From Ascoidea asiatica JCM 7603 (lineage: Eukaryota > Fungi > Ascomycota), in NCBI GenBank assembly GCA_001600695.1, contig BCKQ01000005.1, forward strand, positions 983,820-1,047,819: a DNA stretch of 64,000 bases. The letters are read 5' to 3'. Both the position numbers and the translations under genes were made by a program. Each line of letters begins with the position of its first letter. Within the stretch, counting starts at the first letter, position 1. A model generated the notes under the pieces. The model ran no database searches. It was given only the letters and a program-made list of their open reading frames with translations, and had not been told where the DNA came from. This document shows positions 21,210-31,873 of this stretch, one piece after another.

Positions 21210-21692
21210 ATGTCTGTAATTTATTCAATTATTAAATTCATTGCATATTTCTTATTAATTCGTTTAATCTTATCTAAACTAATACCTTTCTTACAATTTC
21301 AATATTATAATTACACCCTTTTTAAGGATTTACCTAATAATAACAATAACAATAACAATAACAATAACAAAATTATAAAAATGGTTTCTGTATTAACTTC
21401 AAAATCTGAATTTGAAAAAGCAATAAATGAAGAATCTTTAGTTATTATTGATTTTTTTGCAACTTGGTGTGGTCCATGTAAAATGATTGCTCCAATCTTA
21501 GAAAAATTATCTCAAAAATTTACAAATGCTAAATTTTATAAAGTTGATGTTGATGCTGTACCTGAAGTTGCTCAATCTCAAGAAATTTCTGCAATGCCAA
21601 CTATAAAATTATTTAAAAATGGTAAATCTATTAAAACTATTGTTGGTGCTAATGTTCCTGAAATAACTAAATCAATTTCTGAAAATGCTTAA
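21210..21692 (+). CDS. TRX2: Thioredoxin (Trx1/2 type); canonical start 21381, possible 57-aa N-terminal extension from 21210
   Basis: DFFATWCGPCKMIAP and SAMPT. Adjacent to SER2, as is S. cerevisiae TRX2. Confidence 0.92.
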   Translation: MSVIYSIIKFIAYFLLIRLILSKLIPFLQFQYYNYTLFKDLPNNNNNNNNNNNKIIKMVSVLTSKSEFEKAINEESLVIIDFFATWCGPCKMIAPILEKLSQKFTNAKFYKVDVDAVPEVAQSQEISAMPTIKLFKNGKSIKTIVGANVPEITKSISENA

Positions 21693-22036
21693 TTTATTTA
21701 TTTATTAATATATAATATATAATATATAATATATAATATATAATATATAATATATAATTTTTATTATTCACTCATTACCTATTCTATTGCAACTTTTATA
21801 CTGACTTAAAATATAATTCAAAACGTGTTTACCATTGTCTATCACTGTTTTCACACACTTTATCTATCTAATTTCCTTTTAAAAAACCGGAATCTCATTC
21901 AACCCAACCCACTGTTATAATACATTAAAAAAATGACTAACGTTAACAAAATGAAAAATATAAGAAATATAAAATAACAAAAGATATTATATTTTTTTTA
22001 AATTATCATTATTATAAATAAATATCTTTTACAACC

Positions 22037-23032
22037 ATGAGTTATTCATTAACTGTTATTTCTAATGATGATTCTTTTCAAAATGATCAAATTATTCCAA
22101 ATATTCATAATTATTTATTATCTTTAAATAATTTAATTGAAATTTCTTCAATAAATTTAATAATTTTATCAAAAAATAAAGCTATTGATTTTATATTTAA
22201 TATTATTAATCAAGATATTAATCAAGATATTAATCAAGATATTAATCAAGAAAATTATAATGAATTATTTAAAATTTTTAAAAATCATCAATTAAATAAA
22301 ACTTTTAATGAAAAAATTGATATAATTTTACAAAAAAATAATTTTAATAGAAAAAATAAAAAATTATTAGTTTTTGATATGGATTCAACTTTAATAACTC
22401 AAGAAGTTATAGAATTAATTGCAAATTATGCTAATGTTCAAAATGATGTTAAAAAAATTACTAATTTAGCAATGAATGGTAAAATTAATTTTAAAACTTC
22501 TTTAAAAAAAAGAGTAAATTTATTAAAAGGTATAAATTCTTTAAATTTATTTAATGAAATTAATTTAATTTTAAAATTATCAAATGGTATTGAATTTTTA
22601 ATTTTAATTTTAAAAAAATTTAATCCAAATTTAAAATTTGCAATTTTAAGTGGTGGTTTTTTACCATTTGCAAAATTTATTAAAAAAAAATTAAATTTTA
22701 ATTATGTTTATGCAAATAATTTAGAAATTTTTAATAATCATTTAACTGGTAATACAATTGGTGAAATTATTGATGATAATAAAAAAAGAGATTTATTAAT
22801 TCAAATTTCAAATGAAAATAATTTTAATTTAAATAATGTTGTTGCAATTGGTGATGGTTCAAATGATTTAAAAATGATGAATGTTTCTGGTTTAGGTATA
22901 GCTTGGAATGCTAAAAAAATTGTTCAAGAAAATGCAAATTCATGTTTAAATTCAAATTCTTTAAAAGATATTCTTTATATTTTTGGTTTTAATGATAATG
23001 AAATTAATTCATTAGCTTCTGATTTAAATTGA
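22037..23032 (+). CDS. SER2: Phosphoserine phosphatase (HAD family)
   Basis: FDMDSTLITQEVIE, LSGGF and AIGDGSNDL motifs. Confidence 0.95.
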   Translation: MSYSLTVISNDDSFQNDQIIPNIHNYLLSLNNLIEISSINLIILSKNKAIDFIFNIINQDINQDINQDINQENYNELFKIFKNHQLNKTFNEKIDIILQKNNFNRKNKKLLVFDMDSTLITQEVIELIANYANVQNDVKKITNLAMNGKINFKTSLKKRVNLLKGINSLNLFNEINLILKLSNGIEFLILILKKFNPNLKFAILSGGFLPFAKFIKKKLNFNYVYANNLEIFNNHLTGNTIGEIIDDNKKRDLLIQISNENNFNLNNVVAIGDGSNDLKMMNVSGLGIAWNAKKIVQENANSCLNSNSLKDILYIFGFNDNEINSLASDLN

Positions 23033-23117
23033 AATTTAATATTATACATTTTTTTTATATAATATATACTAGGTTTTAATAGATTTTAATAGATTTTAAT
23101 TCATAAAAATAATATTT

Positions 23118-24070
23118 TTATTCTGCTAAATAATCTTTTCTATTAGCTGTACGAATAAATCTTTTTAATTTCCATTCAACATCTGCATCTTTATTATCTA
23201 ATGTTCCTAATCTTAATTCATATAATCTCATTTCAAATCTTGGTCCTAATTCAATAAGTTCAATATCTTTTGTTAAACTTTTAATATATAAATGTTGTCT
23301 AACACTAATAAAATCTCCTGAATTTGAAAACGTTATAACTCTATTACCTTCTTTTTTAACACCTGGTGGAAATAAATGTTTTAAAATTTGTTCAACTCTT
23401 TTACCTAATTTTGTTGTAAAATTTTCAAATATTAAATGTGGATATTGTTCTGATTGATTTCCAACTCCAGGTATATCATGTCTTAAAACAACATTATGAA
23501 ATGAAAAAAATGCTGTTGGTCCATGTGGCATATGTGATATTGTCATTGATGTTGGTACACCTCTATGTTCATGTAAAATTATAATATCTGAAGTTCCTGA
23601 TGCTTTACATGCATTAACTAAACTACTCATAATATAATTACCACGATTTAATCGTATTGAATTTGGAAATAATAATTTAATTTCTTTACTAAATTGTGAT
23701 AATTTTGTTGATGGATCTCTTGATGTTGTCACTACTACTTTTGGATCAATTATTCCACTATTTGCTGCATATTCATCATCTATTAAACTTTCTTCTTGAA
23801 TTGATTCATCATATATTAAATTTTTCTTCAAATTTTCATCTTCATCAATTTCTCTTGGAATTGGTTTACCACTTTCTAAAGCCTTTTTTAATTTAAATCT
23901 TTTCTCAACTAAAGATTCCTCTTGAAGTTCTTGTGCCTTTCGGTAAAGATATTCTCTTCTTTCTCTTGCTTGTCTTCTAAGCTATTTAATAAAACAAAAA
24001 TTAAGGTTAGTTTAAAAATTATTCAATATTTTACTATTTAGTCTTTTTATCAAAAAAAAAAACATACCAT
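23118..24070 (-). CDS. IMP4: U3 snoRNP Brix protein Imp4; exons 24070-24068 (ATG only) and 23981-23118, 288 aa
   Basis: Splicing yields [21 protein letters not shown], the conserved Imp4 N-terminus. Also TTSRDPS, LHEHRG and ELGPRFEM. Confidence 0.96.
23982..24067 (-). other. Spliceosomal intron of IMP4 (86 nt, directly after the ATG)
   Basis: GTATGT at 24067-24062, variant branch point AACTAAC at 24012-24006, TAG at 23984-23982. Confidence 0.93.
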
Positions 24071-24485
24071 TTTCAAATCAAGTTAATTTGTAATGAATAT
24101 ATTTATATCTCGTAATTAAGGATAAAATATAATAAAATCTATTATAATCTAATAATCTAAATTCTTTTTTAAAAACTATTCAAATCAAGATTATCATCCA
24201 TTTCAAATTTCAAATTCAATTTTTTTTATTTTTAAAGTGTGCGCTGAAATTTTTTTGAAAAAAATAAAAAATTATAATAATATGCACGTGACCGCCGTTG
24301 TATTGGAATTTTTGGATTTTTCAGTTTAAAAAATGATATTTTCGTGTTGAGCTCGGAAAAAGAAAATTGAAGAAAGAAAACATTGACTGGAATCAAATCA
24401 AGAATTCATCCAGGAAATTAAAGAGACCAAGGAAATAAATTCAGTTTCCATCGAGAAAAGTTAGGATGGTTCTCGCCTTTTTGAC

Positions 24486-26810
24486 ATGGCTCTAGATGTA
24501 GATAACTCTTTTAAGGATCTTTATAAGGAGACTCAGATTCCTGCCAAAAAAATTGGTGCAATTAGATTGATATCGTTCAATGTCAATGGGCTTAGAACAT
24601 TGTTAAATTATCATCCATGGACCTCATTATCCAATTTATCTCAAGCCTTCAATTTTATGAAGGCTGATATTATAACTTTGCAAGAATTAAAATTAAACAA
24701 AGAAAATATCAACAATAGTAATGCTAAATTAGAAGATTATCATTCTTTTATATCAATTCCGTCTTCTAAAAGAGGTTATTCGGGAACTGCAGTTTATGTC
24801 AAAAAATCTTTAAAAAATGAAAAAAGACAGAAATTATTTGAAAATATCAAATGTGAAGAAGGAGTAACTGGTCTATTAATATGTCCAGAATCAAAATTAA
24901 AATTAAGTTACAAAGAATTTTGGGAAGAAGAAAATTCTAAAGATTATTTAATTGGTGGTTATCCAGATTTTCAGAAATTTCAAATTGATGAAAATGAGGC
25001 CAATTTACTTGATCAAGAAGGAAGATGTATAATTATTGAATTAGTTAATTGTAATCTTGTTATAATATCATTATATTGTCCTGCAAATTCACTACAAACA
25101 GAAGAAGGTAAAAAATTCAAAATTGATTACACCAATCTAGTGATTGAACGAGTTAAAAATTTAAAAAAATTGAGAAAAGAAGTTTTAGTTATGGGTGATT
25201 TAAATATTTCTAGAGATATTATAGATAAAGCTGTAGCTTTAGATGAAAACTTACAACAAAATAAAATAACCCTTCCAAAAGGGATGAAAAATATTAATAG
25301 TAATTATGATTCTGAAATAAGTAAAGATCTTGGTAAGGAATTTGAAAAACTCAATTTACAATCAGTCAGAGATTTTGCAGTTTCTGAAGTTTCTAGAGCA
25401 TCTTTAAATTCGATAATAATTAATTCTAATTTTGAAGATAATAGTACTGTTTCTTATGATAACAATTTTAAAACTATAAAAAAAAATGATGATATTCCAT
25501 TGATTTCAAAATCAAATGAATTATTTGTTGCAGATGATGATAATGAAAGTGAAGAAGAATATTCTAAAAGCGGAACAATTATTTCTGATAAATTCATGTA
25601 TGATGTTTTTAGAGAAAAACTTGGTAAACAATTAAAATTATATACTTGTTGGAATACAATTTTAGATCATCGTCCTATAAATTATGGTTCAAGAATAGAT
25701 CATATATTGGTAACCAAAAAATTTTTCAAAGAAAATTTCAATGATTGTAATATTTTAAATCATTTGTTTGGATCTGATCATTGTCCTATTTATTGTGATT
25801 TTGAAATAAATGCAAATCCTGTAACTGATAAAATTTATATTTCAAAAATGGAATCGATTACTAGGTATAAATTAAATGAAGTGTCTATTTTAGATTCATT
25901 ATTTCTGAATCCAAATTATAAGAAATCAATTCTATTTCAAAAAACTAAAACAGATGATATAATACTGACTTCAATCAAAGAAAAAGAAGCTCATAAATCA
26001 CTGAAAGTTTCAGAAAAGGATGCAAAAATTTCAATAAAAAATTCAACTGGTTTAACCCGTTTAGAGAATAACTTTGAAAAAAATTTAAATAATAAAAGGA
26101 AGTATATTTATGTTAGTAGGAAATCAAATCCTAAAAAGCAAAGATCCATCTCAAGCTTTTTTAAACCAAGTCCTAATAATCATTTTATTAAAAATATACC
26201 GGAGGTAGAGGAAGAAAGTATAATAGTTAAATCCAATCCTTTATTTCTAGTCAATAAGAGTCAAGGCAATGATCCAACGATTGATTTTATTGATATGACA
26301 ATCGATGATAATAGTGATATTGAAGAGATTCCTGAAAATAAAAATTCGAATAAACGAAAAAAGGACAAGATCTTAACAAAGAAATTAACACAGAAGCTCC
26401 CTTCAGTTGATGTGAAAACAAAAAATTCGATTGAAAAAAGCCTAACTTCAAGTTCTAAGAAATCATCAAAAGAAGAAAAAGACATTACTGATAATAAAAA
26501 TAAGTCAATTAAAGCAAAAGATAAAATTCTAACTCAACTAAAAAAAGAAAAGGAAGTGCCGACAAATAAAGTAAAACAAGAATCATTCAAAGGGTTTGGT
26601 TCAGTAGAAGAAATTTATGGAACTCCTCCAGAATGCAAACATCACGAAGAATCTATATTGAAAACAAGTTTTTCCCAAGCCAACAAAGGAAGAAAATTCT
26701 GGTGCTGTAAACGGAGTTCCAGGTTGCTTGAAAATGGCAAAAGTGTTAAACAATTGGTTATTGATGATAATATAAGTTGTGGTTTTTTCAAATGGGCAAC
26801 AAAAATTTAG
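24486..26810 (+). CDS. APN2: ExoIII-family AP endonuclease Apn2
   Basis: SFNVNG, LQELK, GDLN, GSRIDH and GSDHCP; PIP box QRSISSFF; C-terminal GRF zinc finger (CKHHE...GRKFWCC...CGFFKW). Confidence 0.95.
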   Translation: MALDVDNSFKDLYKETQIPAKKIGAIRLISFNVNGLRTLLNYHPWTSLSNLSQAFNFMKADIITLQELKLNKENINNSNAKLEDYHSFISIPSSKRGYSGTAVYVKKSLKNEKRQKLFENIKCEEGVTGLLICPESKLKLSYKEFWEEENSKDYLIGGYPDFQKFQIDENEANLLDQEGRCIIIELVNCNLVIISLYCPANSLQTEEGKKFKIDYTNLVIERVKNLKKLRKEVLVMGDLNISRDIIDKAVALDENLQQNKITLPKGMKNINSNYDSEISKDLGKEFEKLNLQSVRDFAVSEVSRASLNSIIINSNFEDNSTVSYDNNFKTIKKNDDIPLISKSNELFVADDDNESEEEYSKSGTIISDKFMYDVFREKLGKQLKLYTCWNTILDHRPINYGSRIDHILVTKKFFKENFNDCNILNHLFGSDHCPIYCDFEINANPVTDKIYISKMESITRYKLNEVSILDSLFLNPNYKKSILFQKTKTDDIILTSIKEKEAHKSLKVSEKDAKISIKNSTGLTRLENNFEKNLNNKRKYIYVSRKSNPKKQRSISSFFKPSPNNHFIKNIPEVEEESIIVKSNPLFLVNKSQGNDPTIDFIDMTIDDNSDIEEIPENKNSNKRKKDKILTKKLTQKLPSVDVKTKNSIEKSLTSSSKKSSKEEKDITDNKNKSIKAKDKILTQLKKEKEVPTNKVKQESFKGFGSVEEIYGTPPECKHHEESILKTSFSQANKGRKFWCCKRSSRLLENGKSVKQLVIDDNISCGFFKWATKI

Positions 26811-27006
26811 AAATGAAATGCTTTTTAAATTCGTTATTAGTTATTTTATTACAATCAAAATTATGAGCATGTAGATTTATATAGAAACTTTACTTTTTAT
26901 CTATTTTATGATCATCAAATGTCTCAAACCCAAAATAATTTTCTAGTCACGTGTAAGTCTTTTTAATATGTTGACACGAAAAGGGAAAGAAATTAAGCAT
27001 TTAAAG

Positions 27007-27088
27007 GCTTGGGTAGTGTAGTGGTGAACACGATGGATTCTGAAACAAGATATTTCCATAGACCCCGGTTCGAACCCGGTCCCGAGCT
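27007..27088 (+). tRNA. tRNA with CTG anticodon (nominal tRNA-Gln, reads CAG), 10-nt intron at 27044-27053
   Basis: Acceptor GCTTGGG/CCCGAGC, D stem GTGT/ACAC, anticodon stem ATGGA/TCCAT, CTG at 27040-27042, B box GGTTCGAACCC, discriminator T, and a T-run terminator from 27094. Confidence 0.85.
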
Positions 27089-27773
27089 TGAAATTTTTTT
27101 TTTCTTTATTCAAAAAGCTTTTTTCTTTTGTTGTCATTTGGAAATAATATTGAAAGACAAAAAACGTTATAGCCAGCAGATAGTTCAAACATTTGAAAAG
27201 GGGTTTCTAGAAGGTTCAAAGGTTTTCTATTTTTTTGAAACAAAGAAGAAATTCTTATTATTTTAGATTGAGAAAAATTTTGAGGATTATAGGCTTTTGA
27301 CATGGCTTAATTGGGTAATTATTAATTTCCTGAAATTTATCGATAAAAAAAATTATTGACTCTTATTCTCTAAATGATAAATCATATTTTCTGAAAAAAA
27401 AGATGTAGTTTTCATATATAAATAAATAGTTTGTAAGGAAAATTTTTGAAAAAAAAGTTGTTTCCAAGTTATTATGTATTTTCTCTCTAATTTTCAATTA
27501 AATTAATAATTTTAATTGCAAATTTGTTTTCTAAATTATTATTATTCTCCCCATTAGGAAAGACCAATGGAGCTCGTCAGAGATTTTTTTCGCAAAATCA
27601 GTATCCAAAATTTGATTTTCGATTGATTTTCAATAGAAATTGTTTTTTACTCTCATACTGTTTTTGATTGAATGAATATATAAGCCTCTTATTTTACTTT
27701 GAATTTACTAAAAATCTTTTGTTATAACGACCATATTTTTTTTTAATAACAATTCTAATCTAAACAATTCAAA

Positions 27774-28889
27774 ATGAAAATCTCGGCTAAATTATTTCTT
27801 TCAATTCTACTATCAAAGCTAGTTAAATCAATTCCAATTGAAATTGATGCTGATGATATTATTTCTGATACTAATGTTTATGTTACAGAAACAGCTGATG
27901 TAACTACTACTCAGACCACAATTCTCACCAGCTGTTCTTTTACCCATGGCTGTAATATAGTGCTTGAAACTTCTTGTATCCCTACAACTACTATTATAAC
28001 AACATTAGATTCTAATGGAGACTCAAAAGTTGTGACTGAAACTATTTCTTATAGTTATTACTTAGACGATGAGAATTCTACCCAAAGTTCTCTTTGTTCT
28101 GCAACTTCAATTTCTTCTACATTATTTTCTAGTTCTCCAACATCTTCAACTAGTTCAACTTCTTCAATTTCTTCTTCAACAACACATTCAACAATAGCTT
28201 CGACTGTACTATCAACTTCAAAAAAATCTACCCAGTCCTCATTATCATCTTCATCTTCTCCAATGTCTAGTATCTCCAGTGCAAGTTTATCTTCTATAAA
28301 ACCTTCATCCATTCCATCCTCAAACCTCAAAACTACAACTAAGTCAGAATTTACTACCATATCCAAAACATCTCATTTTTCTTCAATTAATCCACAATAT
28401 AGCTCCTGCTTTATTGCTACCATATCAATTTCCGGCTCTGAATCATTATCAACTTCATGCAATCAACTAACTACCTATGTCACTACTGTCACTGTTTCAG
28501 ATAAAATCACTTCATATACTACAACCTGCCCATTAAGTGACATAACATACCAAGCTAGCAATTCTTTGATTTCCATGTCAAGTGAGATAACTTCACAATT
28601 AAGTGATAGTTTTGCAGCTGAAACTGATTCTATTGAACTTAAATCATCTACAAACACATCTTCAGCTTCTGATTCTAAAAACACTTTAGCAACAAAATCT
28701 ATCAAAGCAGATAGTTCTTTAAGTATAGAAAGTTCCTATTTGCCAATTGTTAGTGTGTATGGTGGGTCAACTAATACAGATGACAGTTCTACATCTGCAA
28801 TTAGCGTTTATCAAGGATCAGCTAATTCCATCTTGAAATATTCCTTTTTATCAGCTGCTTTATCTTTATTTCCTCTCTTTTTATTATGA
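27774..28889 (+). CDS. Ser/Thr-rich GPI-anchored cell wall protein
   Basis: Signal peptide, S/T-rich body, TSYTTTCPL flocculin-type motif, and C-terminal YQGSAN plus hydrophobic tail. Confidence 0.85.
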   Translation: MKISAKLFLSILLSKLVKSIPIEIDADDIISDTNVYVTETADVTTTQTTILTSCSFTHGCNIVLETSCIPTTTIITTLDSNGDSKVVTETISYSYYLDDENSTQSSLCSATSISSTLFSSSPTSSTSSTSSISSSTTHSTIASTVLSTSKKSTQSSLSSSSSPMSSISSASLSSIKPSSIPSSNLKTTTKSEFTTISKTSHFSSINPQYSSCFIATISISGSESLSTSCNQLTTYVTTVTVSDKITSYTTTCPLSDITYQASNSLISMSSEITSQLSDSFAAETDSIELKSSTNTSSASDSKNTLATKSIKADSSLSIESSYLPIVSVYGGSTNTDDSSTSAISVYQGSANSILKYSFLSAALSLFPLFLL

Positions 28890-31873
28890 TGCTGCTCTTA
28901 AATTGTTTTGAAACTCCTTTTATTTTTTTATTGTTTGTTTCTTTACCTTTGCCTAACTTTCATTTCTACTTTTTTTTGAAAAATTCAACGTCTTTGATTT
29001 CATTTTGATTCACATTTTATAATACTTTAATATATCTCTAATTTATATAAAATACTAATTCTAGTTTTCTAAAACAGAGCTATCTCAAAAGAAGCTTTAA
29101 TAGCGATAACTATTCAACCAAAAGGAGAAATGTGTTTTCCGCTTTTTTTAATTAGACTTTGAGGTACGGGAGCTCCAAAAAAATTTCACACGATAATTTG
29201 TGGTATTTAAAAAAGATTAATCAAAGTAATGAATAATTAAAAGAATGATTCAAAAACCTAAAGTATCATTACAACATTGATGCTCAAGGAAAAGAGTTTT
29301 TTTCTGTTTTTTTAAACCTTTATTTGATATGACGAAATAATGATTTTTCATCTGAGATTTTGAACTCTTTTACGGTTAATACATTTGATTGTTGATTCAT
29401 AAGGCTATAATGCTATAAAATTTGAATAAAGATTGTAAAATTTACAGTGATTGACTTTGAATGTATAATTATCTAGTCAAATGAATATATGTTATTTTAT
29501 ATTATAAATTATACCTATGATAAATGTAAAAAAGCCTTTCATTCAAATAAATGACTGTGGTTTTTTTGATTTTTAAGGATATTTCGTTTGTTTTATTGAA
29601 AAAAACTTTTGGCATTACTTTATGGCAAAATACATTTATCACGAATCAAGATACTATATTAAGAATAATATTCAATATTGTAATTGGAATACTGTATTTT
29701 ATTTTGATTTTATTTTTCCAATGGCTTAAGTGCATGTTAAATAAACTTTATATTTAATTTTTTTTTCTAGTCATAATATATACCAAATAATATTAATTAT
29801 TATAATACTGGACTAAATTTTAAAAAGAAAGAATGGTTTCAAGAATATTGTCCGATCTAGGACAAATGAAATATGTTTTTATGCAAATATTAAGAGCTTT
29901 AATTTTACAAATTAAAGCTTCAAATAAAGCTAAACTATTCATGAAAAATACTGAAAATAATCCATTATTTCTGCAATTATTTTCTTTTTCAATTGAAATA
30001 AAAGAGAGCGAACACGAACTGCAACCCATCTAGATTGGTGATAAAAAAAAAAAAAGAAACCCAAGAAGATGTAGCAATACTGAAGAAAAAAAAAAACCAA
30101 AAACTGTTTTATTAAGTCATTCCAAATACCTTGTGTGCCTAACAATTGAACTGTTACAAAATTGCAATATTTTATTTATTATTCGTGATTTATATGAAGT
30201 TTTATGATTATTTAGAGAAAAAAGACCATTACAGAACCTGTTGAAAATACTGGTTCGGTTTTTTGGTTTTGAATCTTTTATCTTCTTACTGGAGTTGGTA
30301 TAGTATCTGCATATCTGGCCTATCAAACACTTAGCAGTTATCACTTATTTGACATACAAATTTGTGGATTTCTTTGTTTGTTACAGTTTGCATAGTAAAT
30401 ATTAGTCTAACAAATGATGCCTGCATGGACATTTAGCATAAAATAATATTTTCAGTTAATACAAACTAGATCATAAAACTAAAACATTTACTACTAAAAT
30501 TTGATTTAGAAAATATAATTGATTGATTATTTCATTCTAGAATCCTTTGAAAAGTTGACAAAAAAAACCAATTCTCTTTTTTTCTTCCTGATTTTTCTGT
30601 GATTTCTTTCAATTTTTGAAATCTTTTTTTATGGGATTACTCTTCAGCCTTTTAGCTACAAACTAATGTAAAAAAAAAAAAAAAAATTATATGATAATGT
30701 CCCCGGGAAAATAGCACCGCCCTGCCGCTGATTTTTCTTGAAAACTTAACAAATGTTCCTTCATAATACCTTTAAGACAATCATCGAAGCTAAATTCTAA
30801 AAATCTTTATTTGAAGAAGAAATATAGATATCCATTCTTTTTCGAACAAAGCACTATTGCATCTTTTAGGACATTTTCAACAAGTCTATTATTCAACAGC
30901 ACTATTAAAATATCTAGGACAAACCGTTGAGAATTCAGTTGACATAAATGCACTTTGAGGCAGAACACTATTAATCCAGGAATTTTACTGAAATGACCAA
31001 AAATTAGAGTTTTTAACTTCCGGGTATGCATTTGAATACCTTAATTATTCTAAAGAGGCCTTAAATGGCCGCAATTGGCTGCACCCAAGGGATGAACCAC
31101 GCAATTTTTAGGAAGTGGTTTAACAGCCCAGATATTTGAAGTCAAACAGTGCCGGGTTTAGGCTGTTAGTTTCCAACTTAGCAATGGATGCGGAGCGAGA
31201 TTCCACATCCATACCAAAATATCCGCAATAATCCGCGTGTGGTTTAGTTTTAGCGCGCTTTTTTTTTTTTTTATGGTGCGCAAAAACCTGAACCTTTGAC
31301 AGCTGAATTGTTTCATATTTGACACTGCACAAATTACGTAAGCAATTTTTTGTTATCACAAAAGTGGCCAATAAATTTTAAAACTCCTTATCTTGTGAGG
31401 ATACTCTTCTGTTCCACTGATAAATTCTCTTGAAAAATTTCTTAACGTTAAATCTTAAAAGATAAATTTTTATGCCTTGATTATTCATAAATAAAAAAAA
31501 TGCATTAATGATAGAAATCTACAGTTTTCTGAGTTAAATTTATTCTCGATGAATACTATAGTGACAAAATAATTCTTATCAATAGATTTCTTTGAGTATT
31601 ACTTTTCAATTTTTTTGAATCTAAAATTCTTTTTTTTCTTTTCTTTTTGTTTTTAGCTTTACAATAATAATTCTCAGATTAATATAAAATGTTTTAAAAA
31701 TCTTTCTATTTTTTTTTTTGGAAATAAAAAGAATCCTTTATCTAAAAAGGAAAAAGAAAAATAAATCAAATATTGTTTTTATTTAATTATATTTAATTAT
31801 TCATTTATTTTAAGTATAAATATTAAGATTTTAAAACACTGATAAAATTTCAAAAGAATAGAATATTAAAAAA

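Noticed and set aside
26943-27303. Short ORFs over the tRNA genes (also 44405-44596)
   Set aside because: Explained by the tRNA sequences.
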